Made by a program: the position numbers and the translations under genes. The notes below the pieces were generated by a model that did no database searches, was not told where the DNA came from, and was given only the letters and a program-made list of their open reading frames with translations. A stretch of DNA of 64,000 nucleotides from a bacterium (GTDB lineage Bacteria > RBG-13-61-14 > DATKZS01), in the NCBI GenBank assembly GCA_963674965.2, contig CAXXFL010000007.1, forward strand, positions 256,001-320,000, read 5' to 3'. Position 1 is the first letter of the stretch. Each line of letters opens with the position of its first letter. Below, one piece after another: positions 9,372 to 19,817 of the stretch.

Positions 9372-10229
9372 ATGCGTGAAGTGCAGGACCACTTGACTGA
9401 GGACTTGGAACGGGAAAAAAGAAAAGCCCCGGCCATACCCGACGCCGGCGCCATCCAGGGTAAACCCCAAACGAATTTTCCCGAGGGACGTCCAAAGGCC
9501 ATTGAAGAAAAAAAGACCGCCGCCGCTCCCGGTCTTTTCGAGACCTTGGCCATCTTTATCGGAAGCGTCTGGAGCCTGATCGGTGACTCTCCCTTTTGGC
9601 TTCGCGAGTTCATCCGCAAAAGCCTCCACATTGGGGTCGTTGTTTTAGCCCTTCCCCTCCGGTGGCTAAGTTGGCGTTATGGACTTCTTTTTTCCGGGGT
9701 GGCCCTGATCTGGAACGCTTACGGCATGCCTCGCTTTTTCCGCTTCACCTTCCGGGAGGAGGAAGAAAAGGCCGGCTACTCCCTGGGAATGCTCTCCTAC
9801 CCCGTGTCGGTTTTCGCGCTCATGTTTATATTTCCCCTTCCCATCGCGGTTTCGCAGTGGGCGACCTTAAGTTTCGGCGACGGCTTCGCCACTCTTGTGG
9901 GCAGGTTCTACGGCAGCCATAAGCTTCCATGGAACAAGGAAAAAACCGCCGAGGGATTCCTGGGCTTTTTAGTAATGGGTTCCCTGGCCTCGATGTTTTT
10001 TTTCTGGTTTACCCTGCCCAACGCCGCCGGCTCGAGTTTCCTGTGGGAGGGGGCCTGGGTGCTGGGACATATGACGGGACTCAGCCTGTACCAGATCGCC
10101 GTCGTGTGCCTGATAAGTACCGCGGCGGCCGGTTTCTTCGAGACCCTGCCCATACCCTATATAGACGACAACGTGGCCGCGCCCCTCGCGGGCGCCACGG
10201 CCAAACTTTTATTGTGTTATTTGGTTTAA
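9372..10229 (+). CDS. Dolichol/phytol kinase-like (SEC59/DGK1/VTE5 family) membrane protein
   Basis: REFIRKSLH, GDGFATLVGRFYG, KTAEG, DDNVAAP motifs; multiple TM segments. Confidence 0.8.
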   Translation: MREVQDHLTEDLEREKRKAPAIPDAGAIQGKPQTNFPEGRPKAIEEKKTAAAPGLFETLAIFIGSVWSLIGDSPFWLREFIRKSLHIGVVVLALPLRWLSWRYGLLFSGVALIWNAYGMPRFFRFTFREEEEKAGYSLGMLSYPVSVFALMFIFPLPIAVSQWATLSFGDGFATLVGRFYGSHKLPWNKEKTAEGFLGFLVMGSLASMFFFWFTLPNAAGSSFLWEGAWVLGHMTGLSLYQIAVVCLISTAAAGFFETLPIPYIDDNVAAPLAGATAKLLLCYLV

Positions 10230-10307
10230 CGTCGGGAGGCAAAACCCGTAGCCCTATCGTCCCATCGTCATCGGGACGGCGGTCCCTATCTTTACTTCTC
10301 GCGAGTC

Positions 10308-11540
10308 ATGGAACCAGTTGAAACCGACATACAAGACAATAACGCGAAGAGCGGCGAAAAAGCCCATCGAGCCTTGATATACGCTTTAGCGCTGTCGGTA
10401 ATCGGACTGGCGCTTTCCGCGGAGCTTTTACGCGTACATCTGACCGTGGCGGGAGACCCCGGCCACGCCTTCGCCTGCCGGGTGAACGAGGCGGTCGACT
10501 GCGGCGCCGTGGCCCAAAGCTCCCAGGCCCTTTTCCTGGGTCTTCCCGTTCCCATCTGGTGCATAGCCGCCTACGCCGCCGTATTCCTGCTCGCGGCGGC
10601 CGGTCTTTTCTGGAAAAGGATACCTCCACGTCTGGCGGGAGATTACGTCTTTCCCATCGCGCTTTGGAGCGTGGGCTACTCGGCCTACCTGGCTTTCGTC
10701 TCGGCCTTTGTAATCAAGACTTTCTGCGCATATTGCGCCGGGCTTTACGCCGCCAACCTGGGTCTTTTTTTCGCCTGCCTCGGCGCCTGCTCTCCGGTCG
10801 TGGAATGGCCTCGCCGCCGTTGGCTGGACTGGAAGTGGCTGGCCAGGGACCCGGTCCTTGTGGCGGGAGTGGTCTTTCTGGGCATTTTGGCGCTGGGAGG
10901 AACGGCTTATCTATGGGCGTGGTCCCACCGGCCCCAATCGGTGGAACTGGCCCCGGGCGTTTCCATCCAGGTGGAGGGCGACCCGGTTTACGGTCCGGAA
11001 AAGGCCCCCATTACCATCATCGAGTTCAGCGACTACCAGTGCCCCGCATGCCGCCGCATGCATCCCACCCTCAGGGAGATCGTCGACAACTACAAGGGGA
11101 AAGTGAGGCTGATTCACAAGAACTACCCCCTCGACGCCAACTGTAACCAGTCCATGAACTCCCACATGCACCCGCAAGCCTGTGACGCGGCCTACGCCTC
11201 GGAATGCGCCCTTACCATGATCGACGATTACGAGACCTATTCCGAGCTGCTATGGAGAGCGGACGACCTGAGCAAGCCGGCGCTCATCGAACTGGCGGTA
11301 AAAATGGGGGCCGACTCGAAGGCCTTCAACGAGTGCATGTTGTCGAACGAGACCAAGCTCAAGGTCTTCGAGGACGTGAAGGCGGGGGACCTTATCGAGA
11401 TCAACTCGACTCCCACCTTCGTGATTAACGGATACAAGTTCGTCGGCGTGCAACACTATAAGGTCTGCTCGGGGATGATACGCCGCCTGCTTCGCGGAGA
11501 AAAGCCCCCACCCGACTCCGGCGTCAAGCTGGAGTTCTAA
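10308..11540 (+). CDS. VKOR-family disulfide oxidoreductase fused to DsbA/thioredoxin domain
   Basis: VKOR loop CRVNEAVDC..V..S and CAYC; DsbA-like EFSDYQCPAC and STPTFVING. Confidence 0.88.
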   Translation: MEPVETDIQDNNAKSGEKAHRALIYALALSVIGLALSAELLRVHLTVAGDPGHAFACRVNEAVDCGAVAQSSQALFLGLPVPIWCIAAYAAVFLLAAAGLFWKRIPPRLAGDYVFPIALWSVGYSAYLAFVSAFVIKTFCAYCAGLYAANLGLFFACLGACSPVVEWPRRRWLDWKWLARDPVLVAGVVFLGILALGGTAYLWAWSHRPQSVELAPGVSIQVEGDPVYGPEKAPITIIEFSDYQCPACRRMHPTLREIVDNYKGKVRLIHKNYPLDANCNQSMNSHMHPQACDAAYASECALTMIDDYETYSELLWRADDLSKPALIELAVKMGADSKAFNECMLSNETKLKVFEDVKAGDLIEINSTPTFVINGYKFVGVQHYKVCSGMIRRLLRGEKPPPDSGVKLEF

Positions 11541-11544
11541 TCGG

Positions 11545-12639
11545 CTACTCGAATATCTCGGTTACTTTCTTCCAGAAGGACTTGGCCTGGGGGTGAACGT
11601 CCTCCCCCGAAATCTCGGCGAAGCGCTCGAGAAGCTGCTTTTGCTCGTCGGTAAGCTTGGTGGGTACCTCGACCAACGCCTGCACGTAAAGGTCGCCCTT
11701 GCCCCGGCCGTCGAGGTAGGGCATGCCTTTGCCCCTCAGGCGAAAGCGTTTTCCCATCTGGGTTCCGGCGGGTATTTTCAGTTTTTCCTGTCCCTCGGGG
11801 GTGGGAACGGAAACCTCGTCGCCCAGCGCCGCCTGAGGAAAACTTAAGGGCAGCTCGACCAAGAGGTCGTTCCCATGTCTTACCAGTATTGGATGGTCCT
11901 CGACGGTCATCACCACGTGAAGGTCGCCGGGCATGCCGCCCGCCTCTCCGATTTCTCCCTCTCCCCGCAGGCGGAGCCGATGGCCGGTGTCGATGCCGGG
12001 AGGGACCTTGACCACCAGCTTGCGCTCGACCTCCTTCATGCCGCCGCCGCGGCACTGGGGGCAGGGATCGGTGATTACCCGGCCGGAGCCGCCGCAGCGA
12101 TGGCAGGAGCGGGCGATGCTGAAAAAGCCCTGCTGGTACCTGACCTGGCCTTGGCCGTTGCAGACGGGGCAGGTGGCGGGGTCGGTTCCGGGCCTCGAGC
12201 CCGATCCTCCGCAGTTGTCGCAGGTGACGTTGCGAGGAACGATTATGGTCTTTTCCGTTCCCGAGTAGGCCTCCATGAAGGTCACTCTCATGTCGTAGCG
12301 GAGGTCCACGCCCCTTCGTCTTCCGCCTCGGCGTCCGCCTCCAAAGAGGTCGCCTAAAAGGTCGCCGAAAATGTCCTCGATGTTGATCGAGCCGAAATCC
12401 TGGGCCCCGAAACCGCCGGGAGCGTTATGGCCGTAGCGGTCGTAGCGGGAGCGCTTATCCGAGTCCGATAGTATCTGGTACGCCTCGGTCGCCTCCTTGA
12501 ACTTGTCCTCAGCCCCGGGATCGTCGGGGTTGCGGTCGGGATGAAATTTCAAGGCCGCCTGGCGGTAAGCCTTTTTTATCTCCTCGGCCGAGGCCCCGCG
12601 GTTGACGCCGAGGACCTCGTAATAATCTCTTTTTGCCAA
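11545..12639 (-). CDS. dnaJ: Chaperone DnaJ
   Basis: [13 protein letters not shown] motif, G/F-rich region, four CxxCxGxG repeats; start reassigned to TTG 12639. Confidence 0.97.
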   Translation of the reverse strand: MAKRDYYEVLGVNRGASAEEIKKAYRQAALKFHPDRNPDDPGAEDKFKEATEAYQILSDSDKRSRYDRYGHNAPGGFGAQDFGSINIEDIFGDLLGDLFGGGRRGGRRRGVDLRYDMRVTFMEAYSGTEKTIIVPRNVTCDNCGGSGSRPGTDPATCPVCNGQGQVRYQQGFFSIARSCHRCGGSGRVITDPCPQCRGGGMKEVERKLVVKVPPGIDTGHRLRLRGEGEIGEAGGMPGDLHVVMTVEDHPILVRHGNDLLVELPLSFPQAALGDEVSVPTPEGQEKLKIPAGTQMGKRFRLRGKGMPYLDGRGKGDLYVQALVEVPTKLTDEQKQLLERFAEISGEDVHPQAKSFWKKVTEIFE

Positions 12640-12782
12640 TTGCTCGAAGCTCCTAAACACCAATATTCAAAGCGGGCGGCTTATCCGAAAGCTTTCCCCG
12701 CCAGAATTGAAATTAGGGCGGAATAGCGTCCGCCCTTTCAAGACCTCCGGAAAGGTCAATTATATCTAAGGATTGAAAAGCG

Positions 12783-14621
12783 TCAGCCGCTCTCCTCCTC
12801 CTCGAACCCGGCCCCCGTGGTCGAGTAAAGCGCCTCGGCCAGCTTGTGCGCCGCCTGCGAAAGTTGCTGGACGGCTTCCCTTATCTCCTCGACGTCGTCG
12901 CCCTTGACGGCCTCCTTGGCCTCGTCCACGCGCTCCTGGATCAGATTCCTGTCATCCTCCTCGAGCCTGTCGCCGAACTCGCCCAGGGAGTTCTGCGTGG
13001 TATAGATAAGACCTTCCCCCTGGTTCTTGAGCTCGACCAGTTCCTTGATCCTCTTGTCCTCCTCCTCGTGCTCCTCGGCCTCGCTGATTATGGACTCGAT
13101 CTCGTCGTCGGAAAGTCCGGAGGCCGCCGTGATCCTGATCGACTGCTCCTTGCCCGTGCCAAGGTCTCGGGCGGCGACGTGGACTATCCCGTTGGTGTCG
13201 ATCTCGAAGCTGACCTCGATTTGGGGAACGCCGCGGGGCGCGGGCGGGATGCCCACCAGCTCGAAGCGGCCCAGGGTCTTGTTGTCCTTGGACAGCTCGC
13301 GCTCGCCCTGCAGGACGTGGACGTGGACCGAGGGCTGGTTGTCCACCGCCGTCGAGAATATCATGGACTTCTTGGTGGGGACCGTCGTGTTCTTGGTGAT
13401 AATTTTGGTGAATATGCCGCCCTTGGTCTCGACGCCAAGCGAGAGGGGAGTAACGTCGAGAAGCAGGACGTCCTTGACGTCGCCCTTGATTATGGCCCCT
13501 TGTATGGCCGCCCCAATGGCCACCACCTCGTCGGGGTTGACGCCCGAGTCGGGCTCCTTGCCGAAAATCTCCCTCACCTTTTCCTGAATCCTGGGCATGC
13601 GCGTCATGCCGCCCACCAGGATGACCTGGTCGATCTGATCGGCGGAGAGCCCCGCGTCCTCTATGGCCATCTTGCATGGAGGCTCGACCCGGTCGATCAG
13701 GTCCGACACCATGGCCTCGAGCTGGGACTTGGTAATCCTTACGTTAAGGTGCTTGGGTCCCGACTCGTCGGCCGTGATGAAGGGAAGGTTGATGTCCGTC
13801 TCGAGGGAGGGGCTGAGCTCGCATTTGGCCTTTTCCGCGGCCTCCCTCAACCGCTGGAGGGCCATCTTGTCGCTGGTCAGGTCAACGCCCGTCTCTTCCT
13901 TGAAGCGATCGATGAGGTTCTCGACGATGCGCTGGTCGAAGTCCTCGCCGCCCAGATAGGTGTCGCCGTTGGTCGAGAGGACCTCGAAGATGCCCTCGCC
14001 CAGCTCGAGGATCGAGATATCGAAGGTCCCGCCGCCCAGGTCGAACACGGCGATCTTCTCCCCGCCCGAGTCCTTGTCCAGGCCATAGGCCAGGGCGGCC
14101 GCCGTGGGCTCGTTGATGATCCGGAGAACGTTAAGGCCGGCGATCTTGCCGCCGTCCTTGGTCGCCTGGCGCTGGGCGTCGTTGAAGTAGGCGGGAACGG
14201 TGACGACCGCCTCGCTCACCTCCTCGCCCAGGTAATCCTCGGCCGTCTCCTTCATCTTCTTCAGAACGATGGCGCTTATCTCCTGGGGAGAATAATCCTT
14301 GCCGTCGATCATTACCCAGGCGTCCCCGTTCTTGGCCTGGGAGATGTTGAAGGGAAGACGTTTGGCCGCGTCCTGAATCTCGGCGGAGTTGAATTTGCGC
14401 CCGATAAGCCGCTTGACGGCGAAGACCGTGTTTTCCGGGTTGGTCACGACCTGACGCTTGGCTATCTGGCCGACCAGACGCTCTCCCGACTCGGTTATGG
14501 CCACCATGCTGGGCGTGGTCCTGGCCCCCTCCGCGTTGGGGATAACGATAGGCTCCCCGCCCTCGACGACCGATACGCAGGAATTCGTCGTTCCAAGATC
14601 AATGCCGATTACTTTTTCCAT
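12783..14621 (-). CDS. dnaK: Chaperone DnaK (Hsp70)
   Basis: [43 protein letters not shown]. Confidence 0.98.
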   Translation of the reverse strand: MEKVIGIDLGTTNSCVSVVEGGEPIVIPNAEGARTTPSMVAITESGERLVGQIAKRQVVTNPENTVFAVKRLIGRKFNSAEIQDAAKRLPFNISQAKNGDAWVMIDGKDYSPQEISAIVLKKMKETAEDYLGEEVSEAVVTVPAYFNDAQRQATKDGGKIAGLNVLRIINEPTAAALAYGLDKDSGGEKIAVFDLGGGTFDISILELGEGIFEVLSTNGDTYLGGEDFDQRIVENLIDRFKEETGVDLTSDKMALQRLREAAEKAKCELSPSLETDINLPFITADESGPKHLNVRITKSQLEAMVSDLIDRVEPPCKMAIEDAGLSADQIDQVILVGGMTRMPRIQEKVREIFGKEPDSGVNPDEVVAIGAAIQGAIIKGDVKDVLLLDVTPLSLGVETKGGIFTKIITKNTTVPTKKSMIFSTAVDNQPSVHVHVLQGERELSKDNKTLGRFELVGIPPAPRGVPQIEVSFEIDTNGIVHVAARDLGTGKEQSIRITAASGLSDDEIESIISEAEEHEEEDKRIKELVELKNQGEGLIYTTQNSLGEFGDRLEEDDRNLIQERVDEAKEAVKGDDVEEIREAVQQLSQAAHKLAEALYSTTGAGFEEEESG

Positions 14622-14724
14622 TCACTCCCTCTCCTTTAGCGTTCCAGCCTCGGGGCCCAGGCCCTCTGGGCAAACGTCAGTCAGCCCCATCGTCAGCTTC
14701 CGTTCCCGACGTTTAACAAATGGA

Positions 14725-15690
14725 TCAATCACCCACGTTATCCTTATCCGATTCGTCTCCCCGTTCCTCGGGGGACTCGTCCCCGCCCCGCCCTTCCTCG
14801 GCGGCGGCGGACGGCTGGGCCTTGCCCGACCCCTTCGACACGATCGCCAGAGACGGCCGAAGCAGCCTGTCCTTTAGCGTGTATCCCTGCTGGTAAACCT
14901 CGAGCACCGTGTTGTTGGGCACGGAGTCGTCCGCGATCTGGCTCATGGCCTGGTGGACCTCGGGATTGAAAGGCTCGCCCAGCGTCTTGATCTTTTTCAC
15001 GCCGAACTTCTCCAGGGCCGACAGGAACTGCTTGAGCGTCAGCTCGACCCCTTCCCTCAAGGCGCCGAGGTCGGCCTCATCGCCCGCGTGGCCAAGGGCT
15101 CGCTCAAGGTTGTCGACCACGGGAAGGATTTCCTTTAAAAGCGGTTCATGGCCGTAGTTGAACCAGTCCGCCTTTTCCTTCTGGACCCTGATCTTGTACC
15201 CGTCAAACTGGTTCTGGAGGTGGCGGGCCTGGTCAAGGTTCTGCTTGACCTCCCTGGTCCGCTTCTCCAGGTCAAGGTCCTTGGCCCGGAGTTCCTGCCT
15301 GAGCCCGAGTATCTCCATCTTCAGCTCGAGCTCGCGCTTGGACGGCTGAGGCGGAGGGCCTTCCTCGCTTTCCTCAACCGCGTTGGGATCGAACTCCTCC
15401 TCGGCAAGGTCAACCTCGACTTCCACTTCCTCCCCTTCCGCCTCATCGGAGTCGGAGGGGGAAGTCTGGACCTTGTCCATGCTTTCGGTGGCCTCCTTAA
15501 GGGCACGCTCAAGCTCGTCGGACATTTTCAATTGGGGAACGCCGTCAACCTCACCCTCGATCTCGATCCCCTCGGGGGAGGAAAGGCCGTCGCCGGCCGC
15601 CAAGGCTTCTTCCCTATCCTCGCCGTTCGAGCCGTCCCGCTCGACGTCCGTTTTCGCGCTTTTTCCGGTTTTATCCTCAGGTTCACTCAT
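14725..15690 (-). CDS. grpE: Nucleotide exchange factor GrpE with long acidic N-terminal extension
   Basis: LPVVDNLERAL, FNPEVHQAM, QQGYTLKDRLLRPSLAIV; start reassigned to ATG 15690, just after the hrcA stop. Confidence 0.92.
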   Translation of the reverse strand: MSEPEDKTGKSAKTDVERDGSNGEDREEALAAGDGLSSPEGIEIEGEVDGVPQLKMSDELERALKEATESMDKVQTSPSDSDEAEGEEVEVEVDLAEEEFDPNAVEESEEGPPPQPSKRELELKMEILGLRQELRAKDLDLEKRTREVKQNLDQARHLQNQFDGYKIRVQKEKADWFNYGHEPLLKEILPVVDNLERALGHAGDEADLGALREGVELTLKQFLSALEKFGVKKIKTLGEPFNPEVHQAMSQIADDSVPNNTVLEVYQQGYTLKDRLLRPSLAIVSKGSGKAQPSAAAEEGRGGDESPEERGDESDKDNVGD

Positions 15691-15701
15691 CTTTTTCCGG
15701 G

Positions 15702-16760
15702 TCACCTTATCTTGCCGATAATTTCTATTTCGCCGGGCTCGCTCCGCGCCAGGTACTGTGAGATCAATCTGCCCGTGAACCTCACGAGAGGTACGAGTCT
15801 GGCGTAGTCCGTTCTTTTGGGACCGATAAGCCCCAGCGATCCGATGGGCTCGTCGTCGTTTCCATAGGGGATCGAGATCAGGGAACAGCCTTTTAGCGAC
15901 TCGATCTCGTTTTCCTCGCCGATCAGTATTCTCGTTCCGGACGCGCTCAGGCTTTCCTCGAAGAGCCGGGCCAGTATCCGCCTTTCCTCGAGCGTCCTCA
16001 TTACCTCGCGGATACTCTCGATCTCGGTGAAATCGTCCAGGTCCAACAGGTTGGCCTGGCCGCGGACGTAAACCTCGCGCTGTCCCATGGACACGAGTTT
16101 TCCCGAAAGCTCGAGGGCCCCGGCTAAAAGAAGGTCGGCCTTCCTCTTGGCCTCCTCGAGTTTTCTCCCTAGCTCTCTCCTGAGACCTTGAAGGGTCCGC
16201 CCCTTGGCCGAGGCGTTGAGTAGATTGCCGAGCCTTTCCAAGAAGGAAGGGTCCAGCCCCCACTCATCCCGGATGATCCTTTCCTCCATCGTCCCCTTTT
16301 CAAAAACGAAGACGACTCTTATCCGTTTTCTTCCCGCGTCGCCAAGGTGAATGGCCGAAAGCGTATCCGTCTCGCCCCGGTCCAGCATGATGACCCCGAC
16401 CCGCCTGGATAACTCGGCCAGCTTGGACGCCGTGGCCAGGATCAATTCCTCCACGTCCAACTCGCGCGACTGGCGCACCGACTTGAGCTCGCGCTCGTCG
16501 CTTGTGGAAACGCCGGCGGGAGACATCAGGTTGTCCACGTAGTATCTGAAGCCGAAGTCAGTGGGCACGCGCCCCGCGGAGGTGTGGGGCTGCTCGAGAA
16601 GTCCCATTTCCTCGAGCTCCACCATCTCGTTCCTGATCGTGGCCGCGCTTTTCTTAACGCCCGATTTGACCACGGTCCGCGAACCTACCGGATGTCCGGA
16701 GTCAACGTACTCCGACACCACCGCCGCGAGTATCATCTCTTTTCTGCGGTCAAGCTTCAT
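15702..16760 (-). CDS. hrcA: Heat-inducible transcription repressor HrcA
   Basis: PVGS, SAATIRNEM..LEEMGLLEQPHTSAGRVPT, GLIGPKRTDY; first gene of the grpE-dnaK-dnaJ operon. Confidence 0.95.
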   Translation of the reverse strand: MKLDRRKEMILAAVVSEYVDSGHPVGSRTVVKSGVKKSAATIRNEMVELEEMGLLEQPHTSAGRVPTDFGFRYYVDNLMSPAGVSTSDERELKSVRQSRELDVEELILATASKLAELSRRVGVIMLDRGETDTLSAIHLGDAGRKRIRVVFVFEKGTMEERIIRDEWGLDPSFLERLGNLLNASAKGRTLQGLRRELGRKLEEAKRKADLLLAGALELSGKLVSMGQREVYVRGQANLLDLDDFTEIESIREVMRTLEERRILARLFEESLSASGTRILIGEENEIESLKGCSLISIPYGNDDEPIGSLGLIGPKRTDYARLVPLVRFTGRLISQYLARSEPGEIEIIGKIR

Positions 16761-17060
16761 TTCCGAACCGTTCCCCGTTTAAGTTATAACGATCCTTTAA
16801 GGCGAATCTAGAACTAATCGTTAAAAACCCGCGTCTTTTAGTTTAATAATCTATTTGCCGGCGGTCAAGCCCACAATGAATCTTTGCCAATTTATTACCC
16901 GAGCGCCTTCATGTCAACCCCGGGTTAACGCCGGCGCCATAAAAATATAATTGTATTAAAACATCTTAAGAACCGCGCCGCGCCTTGGCCTTCCCAGTTG
17001 GCCGAATATTAAGCTCGGACTTTATCGAAAAAGAAATTACGGCTAAAATGCCTTGTTAAC

Positions 17061-17519
17061 ATGAGCGCCCCGGATATCGAACTAAAACGGCTCCTGGGAA
17101 TCGACCTGGGAAGCAAAAGGATCGGACTGGCTATTTCCGACCCCTCGGGAACCATGGCCTACAGTCTGGGTGTCATTCATAGGAAAGGCATTGGCGACGT
17201 GCTGGGCAAAATAAAGGAATTTATTGATGAAAGAGAAATCGGGGAGATAGTCCTTGGCCTGCCCCTGCGCATGGACGGCAAGGAGAGCGCCGGAAGCCAA
17301 AAAGCCAGGGAGTTCGCGGCCATCCTGGAGGATGCCTTCTCCATTCCGGTCCACTTAGTGGATGAGTCGCTCTCGACGGTCCAGGCGGAGGAAATCCTTC
17401 TCGAGGCCGACCTCTCCAGAAAAAAAAGGAAAAAAGTCATCGACGGACTGGCCGCCGCCGTGATCTTGCAATCGTATCTCAACGAGATGGCCGAGTCATC
17501 CGCGGGTAGGAAAAAATGA
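17061..17519 (+). CDS. ruvX: Holliday junction resolvase-like / pre-16S rRNA nuclease RuvX (YqgF)
   Basis: LGIDLGSKRIGLAISD, VLGLP, DESLST, IDGLAAAVILQSYL. Confidence 0.93.
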   Translation: MSAPDIELKRLLGIDLGSKRIGLAISDPSGTMAYSLGVIHRKGIGDVLGKIKEFIDEREIGEIVLGLPLRMDGKESAGSQKAREFAAILEDAFSIPVHLVDESLSTVQAEEILLEADLSRKKRKKVIDGLAAAVILQSYLNEMAESSAGRKK

Positions 17520-18682
17520 GTCCGTTCAAACCGGAAGCAAAAATTTTTATCACGAACGAGCGCCGAAAAAGCCCCGGATACCGTTACTTCATGATCTCAC
17601 TCATCGCGCTGACCTCTTTTTCCATGGCGGCGGCCGGGGTCCTTATTTTCGACTACTACCGCTATACCCGCTCGGCCGAGCCGGGCATCAAGCAAGAAAC
17701 CCTGGCGGCCATCGAAAAGGGCATGAGCTTTAACGGCGCGGTGGACGCGCTGGCTCGGGACGGGCTTATCTCGAACCCCCGATATTTCAGGGTATTGGGA
17801 AGGATGAAGGGAGCGGAGACGCGGATTCAGGCCGGGGAATATACTCTGCGTCCGGGCATGACGCCCCTGGCCATACTCGACACCATTATCAGGGGGGACA
17901 TTACTAAGGTGACCCTTCGCGTCCCCGAGGGACTAACCGTTTCTGAAATCGGGAAAAAGCTCGAAAGCCTCGGGCCCTGGACGGCCAAGTCCTTTATCGC
18001 CGCGGCCCAGGACAAAAAAAAGGCGGCCCAACTGGCCATCCCCGTGGAGAACCTGGAGGGCTATCTTTTTCCGGCTACTTATGAGCTTAAAATGTCCATG
18101 ACCGAGCCCGACGTGGTTGACCTGATGCTGGCGCGCGGACAAAGGGAGCGGACAAAGGAGAGGGAGAAAAAAGCCAAGGACGCGGGTCTTTCCTGGCACC
18201 AGGTATTGACCCTGGCGTCGCTGGTCGAGGAGGAAGCCATCAAGACGGAGGAAATGCCCACCATCGCCGGCGTGTTCAAGAACAGGATCGATAAAAACAT
18301 GAGACTGCAAAGCGATCCCACCGCCGTTTACGGCCTCGAGGACTTTAAGGGCCCGATTAAAAAAACCGACCTCCTGCGCGTAAGCCCCTATAACACCTAT
18401 CTCCACAAGGGACTTCCGCCGGGGCCCATCTGCAATCCGGGAGCGGCCGCCATCGACGCGGCCCTGAATCCCGAGAAGACCGAATACCTTTACTTCGTGG
18501 CCGACGGAGAAGGAGGGCACATGTTCTCGGAGTCCTACATCGAGCACCGGGCGAACATTAAAAAATACAAAAAGGTCCTCAAGGAATTCAGGGAGTCCAA
18601 AAAGAAGGCCGGCCGGGAAAATGAAAAGGCCGCCGCCCCAAATAACGATCAAGACGCGCAGAATACAAAGCCGCCGCCATAG
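17516..18682 (+). CDS. mltG: Endolytic transglycosylase MltG
   Basis: N-terminal TM; LEGYLFPATY, LASLVEEE, LQSDPT, SPYNTY..GLPPGPICNPG, YLYFVA. Confidence 0.95.
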   Translation: MSPFKPEAKIFITNERRKSPGYRYFMISLIALTSFSMAAAGVLIFDYYRYTRSAEPGIKQETLAAIEKGMSFNGAVDALARDGLISNPRYFRVLGRMKGAETRIQAGEYTLRPGMTPLAILDTIIRGDITKVTLRVPEGLTVSEIGKKLESLGPWTAKSFIAAAQDKKKAAQLAIPVENLEGYLFPATYELKMSMTEPDVVDLMLARGQRERTKEREKKAKDAGLSWHQVLTLASLVEEEAIKTEEMPTIAGVFKNRIDKNMRLQSDPTAVYGLEDFKGPIKKTDLLRVSPYNTYLHKGLPPGPICNPGAAAIDAALNPEKTEYLYFVADGEGGHMFSESYIEHRANIKKYKKVLKEFRESKKKAGRENEKAAAPNNDQDAQNTKPPP

Positions 18683-18755
18683 CCCGATCGGCTTTTTGCG
18701 CCGGAGAGTTGGTATTCCGATCGCGCGTTCACATATCCGAGTGGAAGACTTATTC

Positions 18756-19799
18756 ATGAAGCGGTATTTATTTATGGCAATGATTATGGGAACCGCTATC
18801 GCCATGGCGTTTTGCTTGATTCATCCTTTCAATTCTTCGTTAGCGGCGAGCGATGAACTTGGGCCCCTTTCCTCCGGGTTCGTGTTCGAGCCCACCTTGG
18901 CGATACCGTCTAGTCACGCCTCGACCGTCTGCCAGGCCCCGGACGGCTCGATACTTTGCGCCTTTTACGGCGGAAGCGCCGAGGCGGCCCCCGACGTCAA
19001 GATATATCTCGCCCGCCTGGAGGCCGGAAAATGGTCCGCGCCCGAGGCGGCCGTCGACACGCCGGGCAAACCGGAAGGGAACCCCGTCCTGTTCGTGGCC
19101 CCTTCAGGCAAGCTCAGGCTTTATTTCGTGACCATCCACGGCTTTGGCTGGAACTGGGCCAAGATCAAGCAAACCTCCTCGGCGGACTCGGGCCGGACCT
19201 GGGGACCCATCGAGACGCTGAGGGACAAGCGCGGCTGGATGATAAGGAACCATCCCGTCGTCTTACGAGACGGACGTCTGATTTTTCCCATGTACTCGGA
19301 GAACAAGTGGTGCTCCGAGTTCATGGTCTCGAGCGACGGGGGAGAATCATGGCGGTTCCTATCCGAGACATGCTCCAGACCCGGCAACATCCAGGCGGCC
19401 CTGGCCGAGCTCGAGGACGGTACGCTCTACGCGACCATGCGCGTGGGAGGGAAAGGCGGCAACCTGTGGGAGGCCCGCTCGAGCGACCGGGGCGAGACGT
19501 GGGAGGGCCCGACTCGAATGGAGCTCCCCAACCCCAACGCGGGGACCGACATGATCGTCCTTGGCTCGGGCGACCTCCTTTTGGCTTTCAATAACGACGA
19601 CCGAAAGCGTACTCCCTTGTCACTGGCCTTGTCCTCGGACGAAGGTAGAACGTGGAGCATAAAGGACGTCGAAACGGGAAAGGGCGAGTTTTCTTACCCG
19701 TCTCTTTGCCAGGCCTCGGACGGCGTGATCCATTTGACCTATACCTATAAAAGGGAAACGATCAAACACCTGGCCTTTACCGAGGACTGGCTCAGGTAG
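18756..19799 (+). CDS. BNR/Asp-box repeat exo-alpha-sialidase-like protein
   Basis: Four Asp-boxes (SADSGRTW, SSDGGESW, SSDRGETW, SSDEGRTW), FSYPS; signal peptide from ATG 18756. Confidence 0.85.
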   Translation: MKRYLFMAMIMGTAIAMAFCLIHPFNSSLAASDELGPLSSGFVFEPTLAIPSSHASTVCQAPDGSILCAFYGGSAEAAPDVKIYLARLEAGKWSAPEAAVDTPGKPEGNPVLFVAPSGKLRLYFVTIHGFGWNWAKIKQTSSADSGRTWGPIETLRDKRGWMIRNHPVVLRDGRLIFPMYSENKWCSEFMVSSDGGESWRFLSETCSRPGNIQAALAELEDGTLYATMRVGGKGGNLWEARSSDRGETWEGPTRMELPNPNAGTDMIVLGSGDLLLAFNNDDRKRTPLSLALSSDEGRTWSIKDVETGKGEFSYPSLCQASDGVIHLTYTYKRETIKHLAFTEDWLR

Positions 19800-19817
19800 C
19801 CGCGGCGCTTCTTTTGC

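Noticed and set aside
12715-12736. Hairpin AGGGCGGA/TCCGCCCT between dnaK and dnaJ
   Set aside because: Weak U-tract on the coding strand; ordinary intra-operon stabiliser or attenuator at most
12846-14639. 597-aa ORF antisense to dnaK
   Set aside because: In-register shadow ORF, a well-known artefact opposite hsp70 genes in GC-rich genomes; no independent motifs
15691-16263. Apparent N-terminal part of a 512-aa GrpE
   Set aside because: Overlaps hrcA in another frame; the plausible start is ATG 15690
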